Of a stretch of DNA of 64,000 nt, positions 9,026-21,481 are shown one piece after another. The first letter of the stretch is position 1, and the number at the start of each line of letters is the position of its first letter. The notes beneath the pieces are model-generated. The model made no database searches, was not told the origin of the DNA, and saw only the letters and a list, made by a program, of their open reading frames with translations. Source of the DNA: Plasmodiophora brassicae (taxonomy: Eukaryota); contig CP145409.1 in the NCBI GenBank assembly GCA_036867785.1, positions 1,178,001 to 1,242,000 of the forward strand, written 5' to 3'. Made by a program: the position numbers and the translations under genes.

Positions 9026-10817
9026 TTAACGGCGGTCGGGCGCTGCCTCCTGACCGGCGACGGGATGGCCTCGATAACCTGACATGGAGCTGTTCACATT
9101 CAACGAGAGAGAGCTAGCACGCAGAGCAACGTACTCCAGCGCAGACTGAAGTCGTGCCAGATGCCCTTTCGAGCCCGCCGACAGGGCTCGTGTACCAGGT
9201 TGGCAGGCGCTGCTGACCTTCCGCGCGTCGTCGACAGGAGTGGTGCTGACGCGTCCGTCACGAAGCATTTCGGGCGGGGCGCCGGCCGCAAGCAGAGCTT
9301 CCCCGAGCAGGAGGCGGCTGGAACGAACGATTGCGTCCACGCGATGACGGCTACTCTTCAAGAGGAGGTCGTTCGCGGACAGCATCTCGCCAACCACGTC
9401 CTGCTGAGATGCTACCGACCAAGAGATCGTCGTGGGGCGCTGTCGGAACGGCACGTCCTCATCGTCATCGTCCACATCGTTATTGCCGTCGTCGTCCTCC
9501 GGTTCGCCAACGTCTTCGCCTACATCGCGACGAACGGGCTCCTAGACATGGTCCTGTCACACGCCACACATGCAAAGGCACCCTCCCCCAAATAATCACC
9601 AACCTGTGGGCTAACGAAGACCCTGTCAACGACACGAACCGTGGGGACGGATGAGGATATACGCTCAACTAGGGCGTCCCGATCCAACGAAGCACAGCAG
9701 GGGTTCGCTGCAATACCGAGCTCGTAGAGGTCAGGCAAGCGGCCTAGCGCAGCAATGGCCACCGCCAGGTCACGTAGGCCGTTCTCGGAAACGTCGAGCA
9801 CGAGCAGGCCAGGAAACTGTTCGTCAATCCCTTTAATATCTGTATCGCGCCCACCTTAGTATTTGCACGTGGTGGACACATAGCCAAACGCACCAGTAAG
9901 CCTATTGCGAGCAATGTGCAACTCCTGCAGAAGCGGGAGCGTGGGCAGGTCCTGAAGTTTGCGAATACGGTTTCCAGACAGCGACAGACACTGAGGTTCC
10001 CCAATCAGGTCTGGATCAGAGGACTTCAGATGGGAACCAACCGTCAGCATCGTTAGAGACGAGAGGCATGCAGCGCGCGCGATGCGATTTCGGCCGAGTT
10101 GGAGGTCCTCCAGATGGCAGCACAGCGAGATGGGCTGGACGTCCTCGATATCGTTGTTATCCGCGCTGAACCACACCAGCTGGCCAAGTTGCCGAGCGAA
10201 CTGTCGCCGAAGGGTGTTTGCGAGATTGAGAACGCGATGGTCGGAGCACGCTTACAGAAACGCTTCGTAGGCGATTGCCAGACACGTCAAGCGACGTCAA
10301 CGATCGCGGCAGTTCTGCGATGTTCTCGATACAGTTCTGCTGGAGGCGAATCTTTGTCAGGGACAGAAGGCGCGCCACGCCACTGGCGTCTGAGATCCGG
10401 TTATTGTTCTACGATTACCAAGAAGGGCAGTTAGCGCCGCATGGCCTGCCCACCAAGCCGTCCCCTTTCAGCATACAAGGTACAGAATTGTGAGTCGAGG
10501 CTTCCTAGAGACGCTGTCAGGATTTCGACGACCCTGCGCCATATGAAGGACGGCCCTACTTCACGAGCAGGTTGAACTTTGATATCCGATTGTAGCCCAG
10601 GTCGACAAAGGCGACGTCGAGAAACGCTTCCAACCCCATCACATCGACGATCCGGTTCATGCTCAAGTTCAGGGCGCTGACGGTACCGGCCTATCGAATC
10701 GATACAATCATGACACGTTCGGGGGTCGTGTATGTGGAGAGGCACCTCGGGAACGGATGGGATGGCCTCCAGATTCCTACTGGACAGGTCGAGTTTCTCG
10801 CCACTCCGCTTCCCCAT
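9026..10817 (-). CDS. SDS22-like leucine-rich repeat protein, multi-exon (boundaries approximate)
   Basis: LDLSSRNL, LDVSGNRL, LQLGRNRI, LSLSGNRI, LDVSENGL and an ANPC cap, spread over short exons. Confidence 0.75.
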
Positions 10818-10958
10818 CGCCGATTCTCGCACGGGCGCCGGTCGTCGACGACAGGCTGTGACTGCCCCACTGCCAGCCCGCCCGACTTCAACAACACGCG
10901 CTCTACCATGCCACGCCAGCACCGAGAAATCGACGAGGAAACGGCATCAGAACCAATG

Positions 10959-11453
10959 TCAAGACGACGTGCTGACGTCCTGATCTTCATCCCCGTCTTG
11001 GCCTGGTTCTTGGGATCCCAAACAGCATCTGGAGCGCTCCGCGGCGTCGTCGTCCACGACGAGAACCGGATCGCGCATCACCGGACGGATCAGGGCGCTC
11101 AGGTACGCGTCGACGAGCAGGCACACGGCGATCAGCGCCGAATGGTCCATCGACTCCACCAGGTCCAGGCGCCCCATGTCATACATGATATCCTGGGCCA
11201 TGACGTGCACCGCCTCCTGCAGGTCGCACGGCGGCAGACGCCTCGTCGACGCCGCCGACGCCGCCTCGTCGCGCCGCTCGAGCGCGTCGCCCAGCGCCGC
11301 ATCCGCACGGTCGACCGCCTGCGGGACCGTCACGCTCCACGTCCACACGCGACCGTGCCGCCGCTTCCGGATCAGGTCCTGCTGGTACGCCGCCCGCCTA
11401 CCATCGCCCCACGTCTCCCGCAGCAACGCCTCCCGTGCCCGCTTCCGCGACAT
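10959..11453 (-). CDS. Hypothetical protein
   Basis: ORF MSRKRAREALL... with protein-like composition; no recognised domain. Confidence 0.5.
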   Translation of the reverse strand: MSRKRAREALLRETWGDGRRAAYQQDLIRKRRHGRVWTWSVTVPQAVDRADAALGDALERRDEAASAASTRRLPPCDLQEAVHVMAQDIMYDMGRLDLVESMDHSALIAVCLLVDAYLSALIRPVMRDPVLVVDDDAAERSRCCLGSQEPGQDGDEDQDVSTSS

Positions 11454-11630
11454 CGCCTGCACCGTGCCCGCCCGAAATGGCCGAACGACCGCCGACGCAA
11501 CGAGACCGTCGACCGATCGAACGGGGGATCCCACTGACTCTCGTGATAACGGTGCGACGTGTGTGTAGTGATCCTAGGCCGGGTGTGTCGTCGGCGTGTT
11601 CGACGCGCTGCTGGAGGGGGCAGCGGTGGC

Positions 11631-12686
11631 TCACGTGAGAAGGCCGACGGCGATGCCCGAGGCGAACATGGACAGGACGGTGATCCAGGACGTGAGGTTC
11701 AGCATGGAGGTACCGGAGAGGCCATGCCCGGACGTGCACCCGCCGGCGAGGCGCGCCCCGAATACGACCAGGAAGCCGCCGGCGAAGCTGGACGCCCACG
11801 ACGGCAGCGGCTCGTGGAACGGAGTCGCCGTCGCCCCGGCGCTGGCGAGGAACGACCCGACGACGGCAGCGCTGACGAACGCGGCCTGCCCGATCTTGGA
11901 CGGGTCGGTCGACGTCGAGCAGTCGCCGCACGTCTGGTCCGCTTCGGCAGAGGCGATGAACGTCTGGACGGCGCGAGACGCGCGCAGGCCGTTCAGCGCG
12001 CGGCAGACGGCGATGACGAACGAGGACGACGTGCCGAGCGCGGTCGGGACCATCGTGGCCAGTGGCAGCTGAAGGGCGCCGATCGCCAGCCCCGCTGCCG
12101 TTGGCGTCCAGGACGCCGTCGTCAGCATCGCCGTCTCCTGACGGGACGGAACGAGAACCTCCAGGGCGAGCGACGCGCAGAGGCAGACCGTCCCGAGGGC
12201 GAACTGGACGGTCGACGATCCCGCGTTCAGTTCCGCGTTGCGAATCGTGGGGTACCGCGCGACGACGCGTTTGATGAGCGGGCGGGCGGCGATGAAGGTC
12301 GCCGCGCCGAGGAGCCCGCCGAGAACGCCGGGGATGGCGTTGGGAATGCCGGCGCCCAGCTGGACGTAGACGGTGCCCGGGCAGGTCCCGCCGATGGCCA
12401 TGCCGGCACCGAGGAGGGCGCCACCGGAGATGAGCGTCGCGATCGAGTAGGGTTGACACCTGGCGCGGACGGTGGCGAAGGCGGCCGGGCGGAATTTCGA
12501 CAGCATCGCGAACGCGATCATGGAGGCGGACAGGGCGCCGAGGAACATCTTCATCATGATGAATCGGCGCAGGCGGAACTGGTCCATGATGATCGCCGGC
12601 ACGTGCACGTGCCCTTTGTTCATGGCGTACCCGAAGGTGGCGCCCGCGGCCAATTCCACCGCCCACTTTGACAGGTCCGTCCCCAT
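11631..12686 (-). CDS. YeeE/YedE (TsuA-like) thiosulfate/sulfur-compound transporter
   Basis: Multi-TM protein with GGTCPGT and ARLAGGCTSGHG motifs; single exon. Confidence 0.88.
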   Translation of the reverse strand: MGTDLSKWAVELAAGATFGYAMNKGHVHVPAIIMDQFRLRRFIMMKMFLGALSASMIAFAMLSKFRPAAFATVRARCQPYSIATLISGGALLGAGMAIGGTCPGTVYVQLGAGIPNAIPGVLGGLLGAATFIAARPLIKRVVARYPTIRNAELNAGSSTVQFALGTVCLCASLALEVLVPSRQETAMLTTASWTPTAAGLAIGALQLPLATMVPTALGTSSSFVIAVCRALNGLRASRAVQTFIASAEADQTCGDCSTSTDPSKIGQAAFVSAAVVGSFLASAGATATPFHEPLPSWASSFAGGFLVVFGARLAGGCTSGHGLSGTSMLNLTSWITVLSMFASGIAVGLLT

Positions 12687-13409
12687 TGGAATCGAAACGC
12701 GACACCGACGCGTACAGCCAGGGCCCCCTGGTAACGGGATACTGTAGCGGTTCTTAGCGCCAATAACAGGGGCGAACCGTCACAGCAAGGGTCCGCATCG
12801 CTCACACAGACACCTGTGTGACCGCCAGCTACGGTGGGCCGTTTCTCTCGGGCCTGCGGATCGGATCGCCTCGTTACGCGCCCATGTGAAATTTGACCAT
12901 CATCTCTGCCGCCACGTTAGTGCGGGCGCTGCCCCCTCTCGCGCTATCCCCCTCGCGGTCGGTGCGCAACACGATAGCCCGGATCGGGAAAGTCGTACTG
13001 AATGTTCCGCGCCGGATGCAGTGAGGCCGCGAACGCACGTGGATCCGCGCCTGGGCTGACTGACCACCGGCGGTTGTTGTTGCCCGTATAGCGCGTGGGG
13101 ACGCGACGGGAGGTGTCGCGCATCAGGGCAGCAGCGCGGGCGGACGCGGCGAAGGAACCAGGATCCAGTGCTGCAGCAGGGGGGAGGGGGCCTCTCTGTC
13201 AGTCAGGCCCGGATCCGTGGGCCGTGGTGGTCCGTGACTGCCGCGACGCAGTCGTGCCGGTCGCCGGATTTAGCGCTCGCGGGCTGCCCGCAGTGGCAGG
13301 TGGGTCGCCTCGTGAAAAAGGGGGCCCGATCTTGCCCATGTTCCGCCCGACTCCTCGGACAACCTGCCCGTAGCCCGGATGATCCAAAGCAGACCCACTA
13401 TCGGTCGGC

Positions 13410-14614
13410 ATGTCGTCGGTGGCGGTGGCGTACAGCGCGCCGAGCGAGTTGCGCTTCAGGGGGCGGCGCCTGTCGGGCGCCGGCTCCGGCGTCTGCGGGG
13501 TCTACTTCGTGCGCCGGCCGACCACCGGGCGGGACGCGCGCGCCGTCGACTACGTCTTCAAGCCGCGGATCGAGGAGCCCAGCGAACCGATCAGCAAAGA
13601 CAAGCTCGTCGCCAAGAAGCCGTCACCCGTCATCCGCAGCATCATGGCAGGCGAGCGCATAGGAACGGCGTCGCCCATCAAGAACGGTGTCATCGTCGGC
13701 GACGGTCCGTAACGTATCGTCAGCCGGCGCCAATATGTCGTTCTGACGATCCGCCCGCAGCTGTTCTTAAGGAGCGTGCCGCATACCTCGTCGACCACGA
13801 CCAGTGGGCGGGCGTCCCGCGCACCGAAGCGGTCCGCGTCAGCATCGAGCTGGACGACACGGGCGCTGTCGTTCGCGACTTCGGGTCGCTGCAAGCGTTC
13901 GTTCAGCATGATTCCACATCGGAAGACGTTGGCTGTGCGCTGTTCGACAAGAATGATGTCCATCGTATTGGGTTGCTCGATGCGCGCCTGTTCAACCTGG
14001 ACCGGCACGAAGGGAACCTGTTGGTGCATCGCCGTGAGGATGGACGCGTCCGGTTGGTCCCCATCGACCATGGGTACGCGTTGCCATCGTGGCGCGACCT
14101 CAGCGACGCCTCGTTCTGCTGGCAAACCTGGAAGCAAGCATCGTTACCGTTCAGCGACGAGGTCGTGGCGTACGTCGCGGATTTGTGTCCCAAGCGGGAC
14201 ATCGTACCGTTGTTGAATCTGGGCCTCAAGCACGAATGCGTCGTCACATACATCATCTGCTCGTCGTTCGTCAAGAAGGCGGTCGCTGCCGGCCTGACCC
14301 TCGCCGACATCGGCAGCATTCTGCAACGCGATATGCTGTCGCCTGACGACCCATCCGAATTCGAACTCATTGTACGATCGGCGGCCAGCGCCACCGACTT
14401 CTTCTCGTTCGTCTTCCAATCAAAATCCAGTTGGGACGATGAACGCGTCGCCGACTTCCTAGAGGCGTTCGGCCGCCTAGCCGACCAGCTCATCGACCAT
14501 CGCTGCGAGCATCGCCGCCAGAGCATGTCCACGACCTGCTCTGCATCATGTGCATCCGACTCAGGCATTTCCAGCACTGTCCGTCATCGTTCACACGTTG
14601 CTTCGTCGTCATAG
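13410..14614 (+). CDS. Type II (gamma-like) phosphatidylinositol 4-kinase family protein; intron 13705-13760; start uncertain
   Basis: YVFKP, ERAAYLVDH, GSLQAFV, NLDRHEGNLLV, PIDHGYALP. Confidence 0.87.
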
Positions 14615-14796
14615 TATTGTTATTATCAGCAAATAGATACACCGGTCGTTAGAACGTTCCGCATGGCATGCTGCAATTGCAAACGAAAACGCTCGCGGTC
14701 GTTGTATTGAAATATGGACTCCGTCCCGAAACAGAAAGCAGATCACGCCACGAGTAAGACTTGCACCAGAACACACGGGTTCGTCGTTGTGAGCGT

Positions 14797-17700
14797 TCAG
14801 TTGCTGCAGATCAGTGCAACGTTTAGGTGCTTGCGAATGCCGTCTGTTGACAGTAGTGTCAAATCTGGCACTATTCCAATGGGAAGCCAACGAACGCTAC
14901 GTACAGCAGGGGTCGCCGAAGACCGAGTTCACCGCTTGAATCGAGCACGACGGACGGTGCAGGCACGCTTGCTGGGCAACAGCCGCGGACGACGACGCAT
15001 GGCATTTCGACGAGATCATTCCCCCTTCTGGAAGACCGTATGACGCGAACGCCACAGCAGAGACGGTCTGGCCCGCGGGACACGACAGCGTTAACGTGGT
15101 GGTCTCATCGGCCGACCCGGAGATCTCGTGCGTCTGCGGCTGGGGTGGCGCGGGAGCCGGCCCACTGCAAATCACCGCAAGGTTCAGGTGCTTCCTGGTG
15201 CCATCTGTTGACAGATTAGCACAAACGGGTGGAACACTGAACAATGTTACGTACAGCAAGGGTCGCCGAAGACCGAGTTCGCCGCTTGGATCGAGCATGA
15301 CGGACGGTGCAGGCACGCTTGCTGGGCAACAGCCGCTGACGACGGTGCATGACACTTCGGCGAGATCGTGGTCCGATCCGGGAGACCATACGACGCGAAC
15401 GCAACGGCGGAGACGGTCTGGCCCGCGGGACACGACAGCGTCAACGTCGTGGTCTCGTCGGTAGATCCGAAGATCTCGTGCGACTGCGGCTGGGGCGGCA
15501 CGGGAGCCGGCCCACTGCAGATCAGGGCAAGGTTCAGGTGCTTCCTGGTGCCATCTGTTGACAGATTAGCACAAACGTGTGGCACACTCAACAATGTTAC
15601 GTACAGCAAGGGTCGCCGAACACCGAGTTCGCCGCTTGGATGGAACACGATGGACGGTGCAGGCACGCTTCCTGGGCAACAGCCGCCGACGACGACGCAT
15701 GGCATTTCGGCGAGATCGTGGTCCGATCCGGGAGACCATACGACGCGAACGCCACAGCAGAGACGGTCTGGCCCGGGGGACACGATAGCGCCAACGTGGT
15801 GGTCTCATCGGCCGACCCGAAGATCTCGTGCGACTGCTGCTGGGGCGGCACGGGAGCCGGCCCACTGCAAATCAGCGCAAGGTTCAGGTGCTTCCTGGTG
15901 CCATCTGTTGACAGATTAACACAAACGTGTAGAACACTTAACAATGTTACGTACAGCAGGGGTCTCCGAAGACCGAGTTCACCGCTTGAATCGAGCACGA
16001 TGCGCGGTGCAGGCACGCTTGCTGGGCAATAGCCGCTGACGACGGCGCGTGGCATTTCGGCGAGATCGTGGTCCGGTCCGGAAGACCGTACGATGCGAAC
16101 GCCACAGCAGAGACGGTTTGGCCCGCGGGACACGACAGCGCCAACGTGGTGGTCTCATCAGTCGACCCGAAGATCTCGTGAGACTGCTGCTGGGGCTGTG
16201 CGGGCGCATGCGTCAGGGGCGGCGCAGACATGGGCACGAGTGCCGCAGTGCATATCAGCGCCACGTTCAGGTGCTTCCTGGTGCCAACTGCAGTACGGTC
16301 AGACAATGGTTGCGATGCTGGCGCTGTCACCCGCGACGCACGTACCGCAAGGGTCGCCAAACACTGAGTTCCCCGCTTGGATCGAGCACGAAGTGCGGTG
16401 CAGGCACTGAGCTTGGGCAACCGACACCGACGACGGCGCATGGCATTTCGGCGAGATCGTGGTGCCGTCAGGTAGACCGTACGACGCGAATGCAACCTGG
16501 CCGATGGTCTGGCCCGCCGGGCAGGACAGCTTCAGCGTGGTGGTCTCGTCGGCCGACCCGTAGATTTCGTGCTTGGTCGCTTCGACACACTGGCCTTCGT
16601 TGCCGCACTCGTAGCCTTTGGCACAGTGTGCGTCCTTCAAGCAGCGTTCGCAGGCGGAAGATTTCGGGTTGCATAGACCAGCAACGCCAACGCCCTCCAT
16701 GTTCTTGTTGATCCAGGCGATGGCGCTCTCGAGGGCCGCCAGCTCCTTGTTGCGGATCTGGACGCGCGCCTCGTACTCCTTGGCGTCGCTCTCCTGCTGG
16801 CTGTGCAGGCGGGCGAGCAGGGCCTGAAGCTGGGTGATCTGAGCGCTCAATGTGTCGAGGGCGCCCTGGACGAGCTTGAGACGGGTCTGGCCCGTCTGGA
16901 CGTCGGTCGACAGCAACGACGCGCCCTGTGCATTCAGCTGCAGCTGACGGTCGAACTGGGCGATCAGCGCATTCGTCGCCTGTTGAAGGGCCGCGAACTC
17001 GGTCCTGTCTTCCTGGAGCTGCGCGGTGTACACTTTGGCGCTGGCTTGGATGCCTGCAACGACCTGCTCCAGGATGCCAATCGCTTCTTGCACGGCGGCT
17101 TCGCCGACGCTCTCGTCCTGGTCCTGTTCCTCCAGCAGGCGCAAACTGTCGATGGCGTCCTGGACCAGCACCGTAACCGGCTCCACGTCTTCGTGCATGT
17201 ACTCGTGCGTCTGCGTCGACAGCTGCTCGACGAAATGGTGCACGTTCAGGTCCGCTTGTTTCAGGGACGTGATGATGTCCTTGACCAGCTGAAGGGACCG
17301 CTGATGGTCCTCGATAGCGTCAGTCAGCTCGCGCTGGTCGTTGCTGAACTGGATCGTCGCAACGTTCAGATCGGCACGCAGCTGGGCTTCGTACCCTCGT
17401 ATCTGGCCATTGTCGCTGTCCGTCGCAGCCAGGTCGTGCTTCAGGTTGGCGATCTCGGCAGGCAGCGACTGGACGACCTTCTGCGCTGCACCGCGGTCGC
17501 CCTGGATGTCCTGCAAGTGTGCCTGGTTCGTCTTGATCGCGTTGCTGAGGTAGGATTGCGCGGACGTGAATTTCGCGGCGTCTGCCTTCTGGTCGGCCAT
17601 GATCTCCTGCTGGATGCCCAGGAGCGCGTTGATGATCTCCGCCTTGGTGGACCTGAGTTCGACCAGGTCCGTCGACGATTCCATATCCATGTACCGGGAT

Positions 17701-17813
17701 GCGACCGCCAGGACCGTGTCCATCAAGTCGGTACCCATGCGGGCATTACTGGCGTGGTCGCTGGCGAACACACCCGCGGCCGCCACCACGACGAGGACGA
17801 GCTTGCCGAACAT
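14797..17813 (-). CDS. Secreted coiled-coil protein with a Cys-rich linker and five SUEL/Gal_lectin domains
   Basis: Signal peptide MFGKLVLVVVAAAGVFA. Repeats LSCPAGQT..FASYG..C..C..SCSI..FGDPC/GTRKHL. Phase-1 introns at 16288-16345, 15905-15954, 15555-15604, 15205-15254 and 14844-14904. Confidence 0.88.
14800..16575. repeat. Tandem repeat of about 350 bp x5 (lectin domain plus intron)
   Basis: Near-identical units at an exact 350-bp period in the middle copies (300 coding + 50 intron). Confidence 0.95.
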
Positions 17814-18275
17814 GACTCGCGCTGTCACTGCGTTTGGGTTCTGGCGTCATGGTCGACAGCGAGCCTCGCAGCAGCCAGGCGAACCGGTCGGCGGGCCCGG
17901 CACAGCGACGACGTCGCCGCGGCGGACTGTCGGGCATAGACACTGCTGCAGGCAGTGACAGGCGACTGCGAACTGCAAACTGCAGCTTATGAACGCAGAC
18001 GGCGCTCGCCTGGCGGCTGGCACTATCTGCACTACGTACTATACTCGTCGCTGTCACAGGGCGCATCATGCAGCGCCACCGTGACGTACAGGCATGGCCC
18101 CAACAACTGTTGCGGCCGCCTGTGCGAAATGTGCTGTTCAGCTACGACATGCCCGATAGGTACTGCGCTGTCGTTATCGTTGTCCAGCGCGCCACGTACG
18201 TGGCCGACGAGCGGCGACCCCACGTCAGGTGACAAATAGTTAATAATAGGGATGTGGGCCTTCGAAATGGTCGAA

Positions 18276-20650
18276 TCACGCGGCCGTCCTGCTGAACTCG
18301 GAGACGTCGCCACTGGAGACGGTCATCAGGGACGTGTTGCGGGCGGGCGCCTTGGTGGACCCGTGTGGCGCGTGCCCATTCCCCATTTGTGTGATGCTGG
18401 GCTTCTTGGTCAGTCGCCTGCGCGACATGCCGCTCAGCGACAGGGACATTCGTTCGAGGGACGTGAAGGCGATCGACAGGCGCGTGGTCTCGTCGACCCG
18501 CTGGAACACGTGGACGATGTCGTCGACCTTGTGCATCCACACGTCCCCGTTGAGGATGTCCCAGAACGCCATGAGCAGGATCCGCATGCGGATCTTGCCA
18601 GGGATGCCGCCCATGTCGGCCCGGCGAACCAGCAGAGCGCATCGCAGGGCATGTACCCGTTCATGGGCCAGGTGCCGACGAGCCTGACGATACGTCGCGT
18701 CGTTCGACGCCACCGACGTGATGTACATCGGCAAACGTTGCAGCCGACCAGCGAACCTCTTGATCAGGATAGCGACGACGGCACCCTGGTCCGCCCGCAG
18801 AGCGGCCGCGAACGTCTCCTCGACGGCGCGCGGGAACACGTCGCCACCCGCCATTCGGAAGATGCGATCGACCACGAGCGCCTGCCCCACCCTGGCACAG
18901 TTCAGCAGGCAGCACGACGCGATCTCCTTGATACCAATGCCAGCGTCCATGAAGAACGCCAGGCACATCGCGTTCCCATCCGAAGTGGCCTATGCAAACA
19001 CACTCAGCGGGTCGTCGCGTCATTGGCGCAACTGACAGCCAACCTGGACAAGCGCAGTGGGGATGTAATCGGACAGACCAGGCACCTTCAATAGCATGTG
19101 GGCGGCGTCGAAGTTGCCGCTGGCGATGGCGGCGTCCAACGCAGAGTAGCATGCGTCCGCGGTGGCACACATGCCCGACAGCAACGCGATGGCGTCGAGC
19201 TGATTGTGCTGGCAGGCGGCGATCAAGGCCGACTGCTTGACGACATCGCCGACCCTGTCGACAATCATCTGGACGATGTCGACGTGCCCGTGACGAGCGG
19301 CTTGGGCCAGGGCCGCCTCCACCCACAACGCATCGCTGGTGATCGGTTCCACGCGGTCCATCAGCGTCTTCAGGCAGGCAACGTGCCCATTACCGGCCGC
19401 CTCGACGAACGCCTGATGGTCCTGGTCAGTGCAGTCGACCAATGGATGCGACAGCAGAAGCTCGAGCATCTCGACCGATCCGTTACTCGCCGCTCTGATC
19501 ACGCATTCGTTCCCTGTGCGACCGTCATACACGAGCAGCAGACCAGTGTTCGACGGCGTACCGTCAGCGCCCGGGTGCACATCGGGATCAGCAAGGATGC
19601 GTCTAGCGATACCAACGTGGCCGCAGGCGACGGCCAGCTTGATCAGGCAGTTGTCGTTGAACGATAAATCGATGCCCGGTGCCTCGCTGAGCATGTCAAA
19701 GACGGCCAGCTGACCGTTCTGGACCGCCTTGCGAATGCACTCGTAGACGACCGCCATGGTGAACTTGCCAATCGACAGGAGGTCCTTGACGACATCGATA
19801 TGGCCGCCGGCGCACGCCAGGCGCAGCGCCAGGGCGTTCTCCTCGCTGACCGACCCGCCCGCGCGAACCAGTCGCTCCACCACGTCCGTGTGGTTGTGCT
19901 TGGCGGCCAGGATCAATGCTTCGTCAATGACCGCCCGGTCCATATCGAACGTCGACAGGCTGAGAATGCGGTCGACGATGGAGAAGTGGCCTCGAGCAGC
20001 AGCACGTCGCAGGGCGTAATTGTTGGAGTCGTGCGGGTTCACCTCCGGTAACGTCAACAGCATATCAACGATGTGCAGGTGGCCAGCGGCGGCCGCCAGC
20101 CGGAACGCCATGTTCTCCGATGCCGACACGTCGACACTGGGGAACGTCAGCATGAGTTTAACAACCTCCAGATTACCCGACGCGCATGCCAGCTGGATCG
20201 CCCGGTTGCGATTCGCCCCAGGGTCCACACCCGGCATTGGGATAAGGCAACGGATCTGTACAGAGATGAGAACGCGCGCATCAGAAACGATGACAAGGTG
20301 CCAGGTGCACGTACCATGGCCAGATCACCCTTCTCGCATGCATAGCCAACCGCCCCTATCATCGTGATCAGTTCGCGGGATACAGTTAGGAGGGCGCGCG
20401 CATCGTGGTTACAATTGTTATTGGCGCCGGGGTCGGCACCGAACATTAAAATGAGGAATTCGGCGACGGCGACGTCGCCATTGATGACGGCGCCAGCCAG
20501 CAAATCGCTCTTCTGCTCGTCGTCGAGCAGGAACGGCAGGCACGCGTTGTCGGCGAGAATGCGTTTCAGACCGTCCAGTGATCGTCGCTCAACGGATAGG
20601 CGCGCATCCTCGAAAAGCGTTCGCTTCGACACCGTCGTCGACATGGCCAT
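18276..20650 (-). CDS. Ankyrin repeat protein, multi-exon
   Basis: Many A(C/A)xxGHxxVVxxLL repeats with DPGA/DVSA linkers. Confidence 0.88.
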
Positions 20651-20907
20651 CGCCGATCAGAAATCGTCGTCCACAACCGACGGGCACGGCCACGTGGTTT
20701 GACAGGGCGGGTCAGCAGTCAATGTCGCGCACTCCCTATAATTAGCGCGGTAAAAGGTAACGCGGCGTCTCGCATCCGGCATGGGGAAAATAACGTGGCG
20801 AGCGGCAAGCGGTGCTCGTTGTATTGAACATCCGCCTTGCCGAAAGCGTACAGATAACGATACGACGCGAGTGCATGCATTGGAACTCGCAAGGCGGGTC
20901 GCGATTG

Positions 20908-21330
20908 TCACATGGTCAGCATGCGGGCCATGTCGAGCTCGTGCTGGTGGGGTTGAATCGTCAGGACAACTTTGTCGTTGCGCCGCAAGCTGATCGCATG
21001 CCAGCCTTTGATGACGCCGATGTGGATCGGCTTCGGGAATTCTTTCTTGAGGACGTCGTCGACGAGAACGTAATCGGTGGGCCACTTGATCCGCTTCTGG
21101 TCTTTCTCGAACCAGCAGATGGCACGTTTCCGTTTGTCCAGGACGAGAATCGCCATCTGCATATCCTGTGACACTTCAAACCGTTTGAACATTTGTTGTA
21201 GGGTACTCTTCACGACGCTCCAGCGTTCCTGTGCGAACGGCGGATCCGGCAGCGACTCCAACGGCAACGACGGACGCTGTGGCTTGTCATGCTCAAAGAT
21301 CCTGCATCGGGAGTTAGCACAACACTGGAC
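20908..21330 (-). CDS. Hypothetical protein (5' end uncertain)
   Basis: Protein-like ORF, ...RAICWFEKDQKRIKWPTDYV... Confidence 0.45.
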   Translation of the reverse strand, partial: VQCCANSRCRIFEHDKPQRPSLPLESLPDPPFAQERWSVVKSTLQQMFKRFEVSQDMQMAILVLDKRKRAICWFEKDQKRIKWPTDYVLVDDVLKKEFPKPIHIGVIKGWHAISLRRNDKVVLTIQPHQHELDMARMLTM

Positions 21331-21481
21331 AGCCGCGTCGCGCGGCACATCGACCAAACTTAATTTTCTGATGGGGCGCGGGCGACAGCAGGCGGTGCTG
21401 CCAGAAGCGCCCCGCTTTGGACCCGGACATCGCGTTGCTTGCACGACCCGCCGCGCCACTAATTTCAGTGCGTCCCGCCTC

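Noticed and set aside
11398-12705. Overlapping 435-aa and 370-aa ORFs over the YeeE gene
   Set aside because: Arg/Pro/Gly-rich alternative frames typical of high-GC coding DNA.
14800-16575. Regular repeat array as a CRISPR or mobile-element array
   Set aside because: The units are 350-bp lectin exon/intron duplications with no unique spacers, in a eukaryotic context.
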